Made by a program: the position numbers and the translations under genes. This document shows, one piece after another, positions 16,641 to 29,000 of a DNA stretch of 52,670 bases. Numbering within the stretch: position 1 is the first letter of the stretch; every line of letters starts with the position of its first letter. Under the pieces are notes generated by a model. It had not been told where the DNA came from. It did no database searches and saw nothing but the letters and a program-made list of their open reading frames with translations. Source of the stretch: Burkholderiales bacterium (GTDB taxonomy: Bacteria; Pseudomonadota; Gammaproteobacteria; Burkholderiales; SG8-39); NCBI GenBank assembly GCA_038319115.1, contig JBBQCV010000003.1, forward strand, positions 1 to 52,670, given 5' to 3'.

Positions 16641-18968
16641 ATGGGCCACCTGCGCGCCGCGCGCCTTGCGGCGAGCGCGTTCGGCTTGTTCCTTCTGTGC
16701 GATTTCGCCCAGGCCCTGTCGCTTGGAGAAATGCAGCAGCAATCTGCGCTGGGCGAGCCATTCCGGGTGCGTTTGCCCTACCAGCTCGCGCGTGACGAGG
16801 AGATCGAGCCCGAATGCATCCGACTGCGATCGGCGCGGTCGGAGGCGGGCTTCGACATGCCGGTAATGCCGCTTGCGCGCGCCCGGCTCGAGGCCAGCGG
16901 CGGGCGCAGCTACATCATCCTCGAGTCTTCAGAGCGCGTGAACGAGCCGATCTTATGGCTGAGCGTCGAGGTGGCCTGCCGCGGGGCGAGCTTGCTTTCG
17001 CGGGAGTTCATCGTCCTTCTTGACCTGCCGAAACCGGCCGCGCGCCCTGCAGCGCGCACGGGAGGGCAGGACACGGCTGCGCGAGAGGGGGCGGTGGCTG
17101 TCGCCGAACCGGCGCAGAGGCCCGCTGCGGCAGCAGTGGCAAAGGCGTTGGTGCCTTCGCCGACAGCGTCACCGCAAATGCCTTCGTCCTCGTCATCGGG
17201 TAAGCCTGAACCGACGTCCCCTTCCGGGGAAAAGCGCGTGACTCCCCCTGCGACCCAGCCGGCGGCGACGATAGCCGCATCGCCGCCCGCGCTGCGGACG
17301 CCGCGCGAAGTGCGCAATGCACCCGCCCAGCGCAAGGCTCCGCGCGACATGTTGCGGCTTTCGGCATCGGGGGACGAGCCGGACGCCCGGCGGGATAACG
17401 ACAGCAAGCAATGCTGCATGCGACTTTCGTACTCGTTGACCGAGAAGAGTCCCGACTCGACCAGCGACGCCGAGCGCGAGATCCTGCGCAGGGAATACCA
17501 CGAGCGAATGGCGGAAGGTGACTTGGTTCCGCGCATCCTCACGCTCCAGGACAGCACGGCCAGGCAAAGGCGCGAGATCGCCCAGCTCTCCGGCGACTTG
17601 CGCAGTTCCGAGGTGCGGCGCGTAGAGGAAGTGCGGGCCGCGCGCCTTTCCATGCTGGCCTATGGCGCGCTCGCGACCGTGATCGCGGGCGCGGCCTTGT
17701 GGGTACGCAAGAGGCGTGGCAGACGACATCCGTTTCAGGCGAGCATGTTCGATGGGTTCGCCACGGATTCGGCGCGCGTGGAACCATCACCAAAGCCTGA
17801 AAGTCACGCCGAGAGGGCAACTCCCGAGTACGAAATGCAGGCTGCCGCGCTGGAAGAGCCGGCGCGTGCATACGAACCGTCTACGGCCGGGGCTGTGGCG
17901 GTCGCGTTGGCGAACCGGGAGCCCGAGGCTGTGCCTGATCGGTACGTGCCTGAGTACGAGCGCACGCAAAAGGTTTTCCTGGCGGACCTGAGGCCCTCAC
18001 GCGACGAGGACGTTGCCAAAGCGCCGCATTCGCTCCCCGAGGTCGCGGGCACCGATCCCGGCGCCGGGTTGGAGTATTCCCCATCGTTCGTGGAGGTCGC
18101 CGCCGACCCGGACGCGCGCGCGCCGGCCCTGGATGTCGACCTCAGCCTGGATGGGGATCGCCCCCCGGACGAAATCGTCGGACTTGATTTCAAGCTTGAC
18201 CTGCCATTGGAGCCTGAGCCTGTGACCGTCCCGGGGTCGGGCCCCGCGACAGTCGCTGCGCTTTCCGTGGTTGAGCCCAGCGAAGGCCTCGCGGCGAATT
18301 TTTTTGACGTTGTCGACCCGGCGTTCGGGGCGAAAGCAGAAAAGGTCGTGGCCCCGACTTCTGCCCCGCTCGAATTGGATGCCGGATCGACGGCACCCGC
18401 CGGGGTGCTGGGACTGTCGTTGATGCCGGCGGAGCCCGGGACTGGATCGGTCGGGCAGGACGAGCCCGCGATCGATCCTGTATTTGCGGCCCGCCGCGCC
18501 GCCGAATACCGGACCGCTTACTTTTTTGAGCGCTTTCCGGAAATCGCCGCCGGGGGCTTGTCGCTCGACAAGCCCGCATCCGTGATTGAAGTGGCCAGGA
18601 TCGTTTACCAGGAAGACCTGGACGTCCCAAGGGCAGTCGGCCTGCTGCAGATGGCGCTGTATGCGAACACCGGTCACGCGGGACTCTGGCTGGCGCTGCT
18701 GGAGATCTTCAGCCTCGAAGGACTGCGCCTCGAGTTTTCGGATCTGGCGCGACAGTACCGCGAGACATTTTCCCGCACCAACGAGCACTGGCCCATGATT
18801 GCAAAGCTGGGGCGCGAAATGGAGGAGGGCAACTCGCTGTACAGCGCCAAAGACCTGCCCGCCGCCGATGAGCGGCGGCCCAACTGGCTGAACGCCCAAT
18901 TGGACATGACGAGCCACATGTTGGCCCTCGACCTGCGCGCCGACCTCAGGGTAGCAGTCGCACAGTGA
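16641..18968 (+). CDS. FimV/HubP-like single-pass membrane protein; start uncertain
   Basis: signal peptide ending AQA then LSLGEMQQQSALGEPFRVRL (FimV N-terminal pattern), SREFIVLLDLP, Pro/Ala linker, coiled coil, TM + RKRRGRR, acidic tail, TPR-like LWLALLEIF...WPMIAKLGREMEEGNSLY. Confidence 0.7.
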   Translation: MGHLRAARLAASAFGLFLLCDFAQALSLGEMQQQSALGEPFRVRLPYQLARDEEIEPECIRLRSARSEAGFDMPVMPLARARLEASGGRSYIILESSERVNEPILWLSVEVACRGASLLSREFIVLLDLPKPAARPAARTGGQDTAAREGAVAVAEPAQRPAAAAVAKALVPSPTASPQMPSSSSSGKPEPTSPSGEKRVTPPATQPAATIAASPPALRTPREVRNAPAQRKAPRDMLRLSASGDEPDARRDNDSKQCCMRLSYSLTEKSPDSTSDAEREILRREYHERMAEGDLVPRILTLQDSTARQRREIAQLSGDLRSSEVRRVEEVRAARLSMLAYGALATVIAGAALWVRKRRGRRHPFQASMFDGFATDSARVEPSPKPESHAERATPEYEMQAAALEEPARAYEPSTAGAVAVALANREPEAVPDRYVPEYERTQKVFLADLRPSRDEDVAKAPHSLPEVAGTDPGAGLEYSPSFVEVAADPDARAPALDVDLSLDGDRPPDEIVGLDFKLDLPLEPEPVTVPGSGPATVAALSVVEPSEGLAANFFDVVDPAFGAKAEKVVAPTSAPLELDAGSTAPAGVLGLSLMPAEPGTGSVGQDEPAIDPVFAARRAAEYRTAYFFERFPEIAAGGLSLDKPASVIEVARIVYQEDLDVPRAVGLLQMALYANTGHAGLWLALLEIFSLEGLRLEFSDLARQYRETFSRTNEHWPMIAKLGREMEEGNSLYSAKDLPAADERRPNWLNAQLDMTSHMLALDLRADLRVAVAQ

Positions 18969-18981
18969 GGCCGGTTCGATA

Positions 18982-20601
18982 GTGAATGCAATTATCTGCC
19001 CTGACGGGGAGTTGCCGGACAACCAGGACCGCGTGGCGCAGCCCGGTAACAAGGGAATGGCGATGCTGGCCGACTGGATGGCGGGAATGAACGCCATGGC
19101 GCCCGAAGGGAGGCGAGCCCCGCTCATCTTTGCGCTGCGCGAAATTCTCCAGTCACCGGACGATCCTTCGCATATGCTGGCCGGCCTGCTGGAAGCCGAT
19201 TGCGCGTGGTTTGTCGACGCGGAGGCTGCCTCCAGGAAATATCGCCACGACTCGTTTTCGGCTCGCCCTACCCCGGAGCGGTTCCACTGGGAAATGAGCG
19301 AGATCGGCAACCAGTTCGGGCAGGCATTCGCGGCGTGCGCCCATGCACTCGCAGCTGTCGAGGGCGCCACTGCGCTCGCCGACGATCTCCTGCTGCAGTC
19401 GATAGCGCATGCTCTATTCCACTACGGGCAGTACGTGAAGTGGCTCGGATGCAATCGCGAACATCCGCGCACAGGCATGTGGCAGGAGATGCACCAGCTC
19501 TTCGAAATGGCCGCGCGCAGGCGGCTGGCCGTCCGGCCGCTGCTGCTGTTCCGGTCAGAGGAACAGATCGCGACATGCGCCCAGCTCTGGTTGCGTGCGG
19601 TGATGGTCATGACCCTCAACACCGGCAACCTGTCGCCGCGCCAGATCGACCGTTCGGAAAGATGGCTCGCCGAATGGTGCAAGGGCATAGCCATCGACGA
19701 GAAGCAGGATCCGTCACTTCACCTGTATTGCGTCGACCTCGGGGCGGATGCCGGTGCGCAGCGCGCTGGTTCCGGACTGCCGGCCGCCCGGCCCGTGTAC
19801 CTGCGGACCAGTCACCTGTACGGCGAGATCGTAAAGGCACGCTCCAATTTTCTCGGTGAATCGATCGCATCGAGCCTCGGGTTGTATGCAAAAAATCCGT
19901 TGCGTGAATACCTGGACCTGCTCGATCAGTTACAGCGCGCTTGGGCCTCCGCGCCGGCCGACACGTTGCGCCGCTCGAGTCCGCGCTTGGCGACGCCCGC
20001 AGGCACTCCTGTGGAAGTCGTGCAGGGCTTCGACAGGATCCTCGCCTTGCATGAACAGCGCTCCGGCGGGCGAACTGACGCGGGGCTGTGGACGTTGCGC
20101 GACTACAGTGAGGGCGGGGTGGGTCTTGCCGTGCCGAGGCAAACCGATCGCGCGCCGGCGACGCTGCAGGTAATTGCGCTTCGCATGCAAGGGGAAACCG
20201 CCTGGCGAATCGGAACGCTGGTGCGCGTCATCATCCTGCAATCGCAAGGAGAGCGCCTGGCGGGCGTGCGGCTCAAGGGTACAGGGCCAACCCTGATTTC
20301 GATCGAAGAGGTTGTCGATGTCCCGGTGCGCGGCGCCGCGCGACGTCCCAGCGAGGACTGGGAGATCGAAGCGCCACCGCGCACATATCGAGTTTTCTTC
20401 CTTCCCGGGGATGAACACAACAATCGTGCCGACAGCCTGCTGTGCGCGGCAGGAACGTTCAAGGGGGCGCGGAATTTCCGCCTCCGCAGCACGGCACGCG
20501 AGTACATCATCCGCATGAACCGTGTCATCGAGGGAACCAACGACTGGGAACGGATCGGATTTCACGTGCAGGAAAAGCGTCCCCTCGCGCAGAAACCCTG
20601 A
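18982..20601 (+). CDS. hypothetical protein with helical N-terminus and C-terminal PilZ-like domain
   Basis: 539-aa ORF 13 nt after the FimV-like gene; RSSPR (RxxxR) and DYSEGG (DxSxxG) followed by beta-rich sequence. Confidence 0.65.
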   Translation: MNAIICPDGELPDNQDRVAQPGNKGMAMLADWMAGMNAMAPEGRRAPLIFALREILQSPDDPSHMLAGLLEADCAWFVDAEAASRKYRHDSFSARPTPERFHWEMSEIGNQFGQAFAACAHALAAVEGATALADDLLLQSIAHALFHYGQYVKWLGCNREHPRTGMWQEMHQLFEMAARRRLAVRPLLLFRSEEQIATCAQLWLRAVMVMTLNTGNLSPRQIDRSERWLAEWCKGIAIDEKQDPSLHLYCVDLGADAGAQRAGSGLPAARPVYLRTSHLYGEIVKARSNFLGESIASSLGLYAKNPLREYLDLLDQLQRAWASAPADTLRRSSPRLATPAGTPVEVVQGFDRILALHEQRSGGRTDAGLWTLRDYSEGGVGLAVPRQTDRAPATLQVIALRMQGETAWRIGTLVRVIILQSQGERLAGVRLKGTGPTLISIEEVVDVPVRGAARRPSEDWEIEAPPRTYRVFFLPGDEHNNRADSLLCAAGTFKGARNFRLRSTAREYIIRMNRVIEGTNDWERIGFHVQEKRPLAQKP

Positions 20602-20627
20602 CGCAATGCCGTCGTGGCGCGCGACGG

Positions 20628-21545
20628 CTAGTCCTGCGGTCGCGGCAGGTTCTTTTTCTCGAGCAGGAACACCAGTCGGTCGCCGGCACTCGTATCGAGC
20701 CAGGTGAAGGGCACTCGCGGGAAGGCCTTTTCCAGGGCGCGCCGGTTGTGGCCGATTTCGCACACCAGCACGCCACCGGGTTCGAGGTGCCGATCGGCCT
20801 CCAACAGGATTTTGCGCACCAGCGAGAGCCCGTCGCGGCCGCCGGCGAGCGCCATTCGTGGCTCGGCGCGGTACTCGGGCGGCAGGGCCCGCATGCTGGA
20901 CTCATCGACGTATGGTGGATTGCTCACGACCAGGTCGAAGCGGCGCTCCGCCAGCGTCTCGAACAGGTTGGACCGAACCAGCTTCACACGCCGGCCCAGG
21001 CGGTAGTTACGGACGTTGCGCCCTGCCACTGTCAAAGCGCCTGAGGAAAGGTCCACCGCATCGACCCTGGCTCGGGGAAAGGCGAGCGCGAGCAGGATTG
21101 CAAGGCATCCCGAGCCCGTGCACAGGTCGAGAGCTTTTCGTACCGGGCGACCGATGAATGGTTCGATGCCGTCCGGGAGCAGTTCCGCTATGAAAGACCG
21201 CGGGACGATCACGCGGCGATCCACGTAGAAGCGGAATTCTCCCAGCCACGCCTCGTTGGTGAGGTAGGCGGCGGGCACCTTGCGATCGATCCGTTCGGAT
21301 GCCATTTTTTTGATGCGCCGCAGTTTTGCGGGGGGCACGACTCGATCGGCGTGCTCTTCCAGCGCGCCGGGGGGCAGCCCGCATGCATGCAGCACCAGCC
21401 AAGCCGATTCTTCTTTGGCGTTGAAAGTCCCGTGGCCGTAGGTGAGGTGGGCCGCCCGAAACCGGCGTGCGATGTCTTTCGTCACAGCACTCACGGTTAC
21501 TTCGGTACCGGCCCCTCGGGCAGGCGTCGCTTTCACCGGTGCCAC
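20628..21545 (-). CDS. prmB: 50S ribosomal protein L3 N(5)-glutamine methyltransferase; start approximate
   Basis: YGHGT, PAAYLTNEAWL, FYVDRRVIVPRSFIAEL, LDLCTGSGC, SNPPYV. Confidence 0.93.
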   Translation of the reverse strand: MAPVKATPARGAGTEVTVSAVTKDIARRFRAAHLTYGHGTFNAKEESAWLVLHACGLPPGALEEHADRVVPPAKLRRIKKMASERIDRKVPAAYLTNEAWLGEFRFYVDRRVIVPRSFIAELLPDGIEPFIGRPVRKALDLCTGSGCLAILLALAFPRARVDAVDLSSGALTVAGRNVRNYRLGRRVKLVRSNLFETLAERRFDLVVSNPPYVDESSMRALPPEYRAEPRMALAGGRDGLSLVRKILLEADRHLEPGGVLVCEIGHNRRALEKAFPRVPFTWLDTSAGDRLVFLLEKKNLPRPQD

Positions 21546-21591
21546 CGCAAAGGGATGTCTTGCGCTGGAGGGGAAATCCCGGTCCCCGGCC

Positions 21592-22797
21592 TCACCCGGC
21601 GGTGGCGTCGATCTTGATCGAGTCGAAGGACGCGCCGGCGCTGGCAGCCGCCGCGAATACCGACTCCTTTTTCTCGGTCTCCTTGCCCTGCTCGGTGGCC
21701 GACGGCGGGGCTAACGGCGCGCCGGTGATGTCGCCTGCGGTAGCCTGGTTGATGAGCCATAACATGTTGGTTGCAGAGTCCGCATTGGCCATCGCCTCCT
21801 CCTGCGAGATCTTGCCATCCATGAACAGCTTGAACAGCGCCTGCTCGAATGTCTGAGAACCCGGCGACATGCTTTTTTCCAGCGCTTCCTTGATTTCGTT
21901 GATCTCGCCCTTCTCTATGAGCTCCGAAACGTGGCGCGTGTTGAGCAGAACTTCGACCGCCGCCATGCGGCCGCCGGTCTTGGTGCGGATCAGGCGTTGC
22001 GAGATGATCGACTGCAGGGCCGCCGAGAGGTCGAGAAGCAGGCTCGGCCGGTTCTCCAGCGGGTAGAAGTTGATGATCCTGTTCATCGCGTGGTAGCTGT
22101 TGTTCGCGTGCAGGGTGGCGAGCGCGAGATGCCCCGATTGCGCATAGGCGAGCGCCATGCCCATGGTGTCCTTGTCGCGGATCTCGCCGATCAGGATGAT
22201 GTCCGGGGCCTGGCGCAGGGCGTTCTTGAGCGCCACGGAGAAGCTCTTGGTATCGGTGCCGACTTCGCGCTGGTTGACGATCGACTTCTTGTTCTGAAAT
22301 ATGAACTCGACTGGGTCCTCCAGCGTGAGGATGTGGCCGGCCTTGCGCTCGTTGCGGTAATCGATCATGGCCGAAAGCGAGGTGGACTTGCCCGAGCCCG
22401 TCGCCCCAACCATGAGGATGAGGCCCCGCTTGGCCATGATCACTTCCTTGAGAATCTCGGGCACGCCGAGGCTGTCGAGCGGCGGGATGCTGCCGGGAAT
22501 GAAGCGCACTACCACGGCCGGACTGCTCTTCTGCCGGAACGCGCTGATGCGAAACGCCCCGACCCCGTCGAGCGCATATGCGGTGTTGAGCTCGAACTCT
22601 TCCTCGTACTCCTTGATCTGCTTTTCGTTGAGCACCTCGTAGAGGAGCGCCTTGACCGAATCAGCCGTCATGACGGTCTGGTTGACCGGGACCGCGTTGC
22701 CGTTGATCTTGATGTTGATCGGCGCACCAACCGACAGGAAGATGTCAGAGGCTTTCTTCTCGGCCATCAGCTGGAACAACCGTTTCATTGCCGACAT
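21592..22797 (-). CDS. pilU: PilT/PilU family type IV pilus retraction ATPase (PilU-like)
   Basis: ASDIFLSVGAP, GATGSGKSTS Walker A, LEDPVEF, QREVGTDT, ILIGEIRD, TLHANNS; lacks the PilT AIRNLIRE motif. Confidence 0.88.
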   Translation of the reverse strand: MSAMKRLFQLMAEKKASDIFLSVGAPINIKINGNAVPVNQTVMTADSVKALLYEVLNEKQIKEYEEEFELNTAYALDGVGAFRISAFRQKSSPAVVVRFIPGSIPPLDSLGVPEILKEVIMAKRGLILMVGATGSGKSTSLSAMIDYRNERKAGHILTLEDPVEFIFQNKKSIVNQREVGTDTKSFSVALKNALRQAPDIILIGEIRDKDTMGMALAYAQSGHLALATLHANNSYHAMNRIINFYPLENRPSLLLDLSAALQSIISQRLIRTKTGGRMAAVEVLLNTRHVSELIEKGEINEIKEALEKSMSPGSQTFEQALFKLFMDGKISQEEAMANADSATNMLWLINQATAGDITGAPLAPPSATEQGKETEKKESVFAAAASAGASFDSIKIDATAG

Positions 22798-22831
22798 CGT
22801 GTTCTCCCCGGATCGGTGAGGGAATGCGCGC

Positions 22832-23653
22832 CTAGTCGCCGCGCAGCAGCTCGTTCAGGCTGGTCTTGGCACGCGTTTTCGCATCGACGCGCTTCACGAT
22901 CACCGCGCAGTACAGGCCGTACTTGCCGTCAGGCGAGGGCAGGCTGCCGGGGACGACTACCGAACCCGAAGGCACCCGGCCGTAGAGGATCTCGCCCGAT
23001 GCGCGATCGTAGATCCGGGTGCTCTGGCCGATGAAGACGCCCATGGAAAGGACGCTGTTTTCTTCCACGATCACGCCTTCGACCACTTCCGAGCGCGCGC
23101 CGATGAAGCAGTTGTCCTCGATGATGACCGGATTGCCCTGGATCGGCTCGAGCACGCCGCCGATCCCGACGCCGCCTGACAGGTGGACGTTCTTGCCGAT
23201 CTGCGCGCATGACCCGACCGTTGCCCACGTGTCGACCATCGTGCCTTCGTCCACATACGCCCCGATATTCACGTAGGAAGGCATGAGCACCACATTGCGG
23301 GCGATGAAGGAGCCCCGCCTGGCCATGGCGGGCGGCACGACGCGAAAGCCACCGGCGGAGAAAGCAGCAGCATCGTACGATGCGAACTTGCTCGGCACCT
23401 TGTCAAAGTACTGGGTGGCGCCTCCGGGCATGACGCTGTTGTCCGCGAGCCGGAAGGAAATCAGCACCGCTTTCTTGATCCACTGGTGCGTGGTCCATTT
23501 CCCCTCGATTCTCTCGCATACCCGCAGCGTTCCTGCGTCCAGGCCGGCGATGACGCTTTCGACTGCCTCCCGAACCGGCGCAGGGGCGGAGGCGGGCCCC
23601 AGCGTTGCGCGTTCTTCCCACGCTTGGTCGATGACTTTCTGGATTGCTTGCAT
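22832..23653 (-). CDS. dapD: tetrahydrodipicolinate N-succinyltransferase
   Basis: [46 protein letters not shown]. Confidence 0.97.
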   Translation of the reverse strand: MQAIQKVIDQAWEERATLGPASAPAPVREAVESVIAGLDAGTLRVCERIEGKWTTHQWIKKAVLISFRLADNSVMPGGATQYFDKVPSKFASYDAAAFSAGGFRVVPPAMARRGSFIARNVVLMPSYVNIGAYVDEGTMVDTWATVGSCAQIGKNVHLSGGVGIGGVLEPIQGNPVIIEDNCFIGARSEVVEGVIVEENSVLSMGVFIGQSTRIYDRASGEILYGRVPSGSVVVPGSLPSPDGKYGLYCAVIVKRVDAKTRAKTSLNELLRGD

Positions 23654-23657
23654 TGGC

Positions 23658-24908
23658 TTAGAAGCTTTCAGAGTACGTGACGATGCGTTGCATGGCCTCT
23701 ACGCATTCCGCCAAGGGTTGCACGAGGGCGATTCGAACATAATTGTTTCCAGGATTGGGCCCGCTGTTTTCGCGGCCGAGGAAGCTTCCCGGCAGGACCA
23801 GCACATTATAGTCGTGGTGCAATTGCCTCGCGAAGCGGGTGTCGTCGTGGGGTGTTCGCATCCACAGGTAAAAGCCGCCTTCGGGCATGGCGGATTGCAG
23901 CGGGGGGCGAATCAGCGGCAGGACAGCGCGGTATTTTTCCGCGTAGAGGCGCCGGTTCTCGATGACGTGCGCCTCGTCGCGCCACGCCGCGATGGACGCC
24001 TGCTGGACCGTGACGCTCATCGCGCTGCCGTGATATGTGCGATACAGGAGGAAATTCTTCAGGATTGCGGCGTCTCCGGCCACGAATCCAGAGCGCATGC
24101 CGGGCGCATTGGAGCGCTTCGAGAGGCTGGAAAAAACCACCAGCCGGGGAAATCCCGCGCGCCCGAGCAGCTCGGCGGCTTGCAGTGCACCGATCGGCGG
24201 CGCCGATTCGTCGTAGTAAAGTTCCGAGTAGCATTCGTCGGCGGCGATGATGAAGCCATGCCGGTCCGACAGCTCGAACAGGACGCGCCAGTCCTCGAGC
24301 CCCATGACGGCGCCGCTCGGGTTGCCCGGCGAGCAGGCATATACGAGCTGAACATCGCGCCACGCGTCCGAGGCGAGGCCGCGGTAGTCGGGCTTGAAGC
24401 CGGTAGCCGATGTGGTGTCCACGAAAATGGGGGTGGCCCCGGCAAGGACGGCCGCGCCTTCGTAGATCTGGTAGAAAGGGTTGGGACAAACCACCAGCGC
24501 ACGCCCGCGCGACGGATCGATCACCGTTTGCGCAAACGCGAACAGCGCTTCACGCGATCCGTTCACGGGCAGGACCTGGCTGCCCGCATCGATACGCGCC
24601 AGGCTGTAGCGGCGCGATAGCCAGGCGGCAATCGCCTCGCGCAGTGCCGGTAGTCCCGCCGTAGTCGGATACGCCGCGAGGCCGGCGAGGTTCTCCCTGA
24701 TCGCCTCCTTCACCAGTTCGGGTGTTGCGTGTTTGGGCTCCCCTATCGAAAGGTTGATCGGCTTGAGGCCAGAATTGGGCACGACGCCGTCGAGGAGCAG
24801 GCGAAGCTTCTCGAAGGGGTAGGCCTGCAGGTGGGCGAGACGCGGATTGGCAAGTGGACTGCCTATTGGCAATGCATCGGGAGCGGCCAAGGGACTACTC
24901 TGCCGCAT
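23658..24908 (-). CDS. dapC: succinyldiaminopimelate transaminase; start uncertain (ATG 24908 or TTG 24872)
   Basis: [56 protein letters not shown] lysine. Confidence 0.93.
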   Translation of the reverse strand: MRQSSPLAAPDALPIGSPLANPRLAHLQAYPFEKLRLLLDGVVPNSGLKPINLSIGEPKHATPELVKEAIRENLAGLAAYPTTAGLPALREAIAAWLSRRYSLARIDAGSQVLPVNGSREALFAFAQTVIDPSRGRALVVCPNPFYQIYEGAAVLAGATPIFVDTTSATGFKPDYRGLASDAWRDVQLVYACSPGNPSGAVMGLEDWRVLFELSDRHGFIIAADECYSELYYDESAPPIGALQAAELLGRAGFPRLVVFSSLSKRSNAPGMRSGFVAGDAAILKNFLLYRTYHGSAMSVTVQQASIAAWRDEAHVIENRRLYAEKYRAVLPLIRPPLQSAMPEGGFYLWMRTPHDDTRFARQLHHDYNVLVLPGSFLGRENSGPNPGNNYVRIALVQPLAECVEAMQRIVTYSESF

Positions 24909-25317
24909 GCGGATTCCCGCCAGGCAACGCGTCCAGGGACACTGGGGCAAGCGGACGCCACCCGCGCTTGCGATGTTCGACCACAACCGTGGTGAATATC
25001 CCGCCTCGCACGTTGAACCGCGATGTCAGCCTCATGTAACGTGGCTGGGTCGCCCGGACGAGGTCGTCGAGGATCAAATTGGAAACCGCCTCGTGGAACG
25101 CGCCCTGATCGCGATACGACCAGACATATAGCTTCAGCGACTTCAACTCGACACACGCCCGGTCGGGCACGTAGTCGAGCATCAGCGTAGCGAAATCCGG
25201 TTGCCCGGTCATCGGGCACAGGCAGCTGAACTCCGGGATTTCCATGTGGATCCGGTAATCCCGCTTCGGGTTCGGATTGGGAAACGACTGCAGTTTGTTG
25301 CTGGGCCGGGAGGGCAT
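24895..25317 (-). CDS. queF: preQ1 synthase, short unimodular type
   Basis: [34 protein letters not shown]. Confidence 0.95.
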   Translation of the reverse strand: MPSRPSNKLQSFPNPNPKRDYRIHMEIPEFSCLCPMTGQPDFATLMLDYVPDRACVELKSLKLYVWSYRDQGAFHEAVSNLILDDLVRATQPRYMRLTSRFNVRGGIFTTVVVEHRKRGWRPLAPVSLDALPGGNPHAAE

Positions 25318-25365
25318 CGACGACGCGCGGGTAAGGGAGAAGGGGGACAGGCTCGAAGCGCGAAA

Positions 25366-25375
25366 ATGGTATCAT
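25366..25375. promoter_or_regulatory. putative symmetric bidirectional extended -10 element (smc / queF)
   Basis: ATGGTATCAT reads TGgTATCAT on + and TGaTACCAT on -. Confidence 0.4.
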
Positions 25376-25468
25376 AGCCCGCTCAATTTCCATGGCTTGG
25401 TCGTCGCCCGCTTTGGGCGATTTTCGCTCTTGCCACGGCCTGTCGAACTCCGAATAAATCAATTTTCC

Positions 25469-28984
<3,516 letters not shown>

Positions 28985-29000
28985 CCGCCAACGGCCAGCG

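Noticed and set aside
16352-20630. Genomic island integrated at tRNA-His
   Set aside because: No integrase and no duplicated tRNA 3' end (att site) seen; only a plain hairpin at 20608-20628
25318-25468. preQ1 riboswitch upstream of queF
   Set aside because: No recognisable class I stem-loop with A-rich tail on the minus strand
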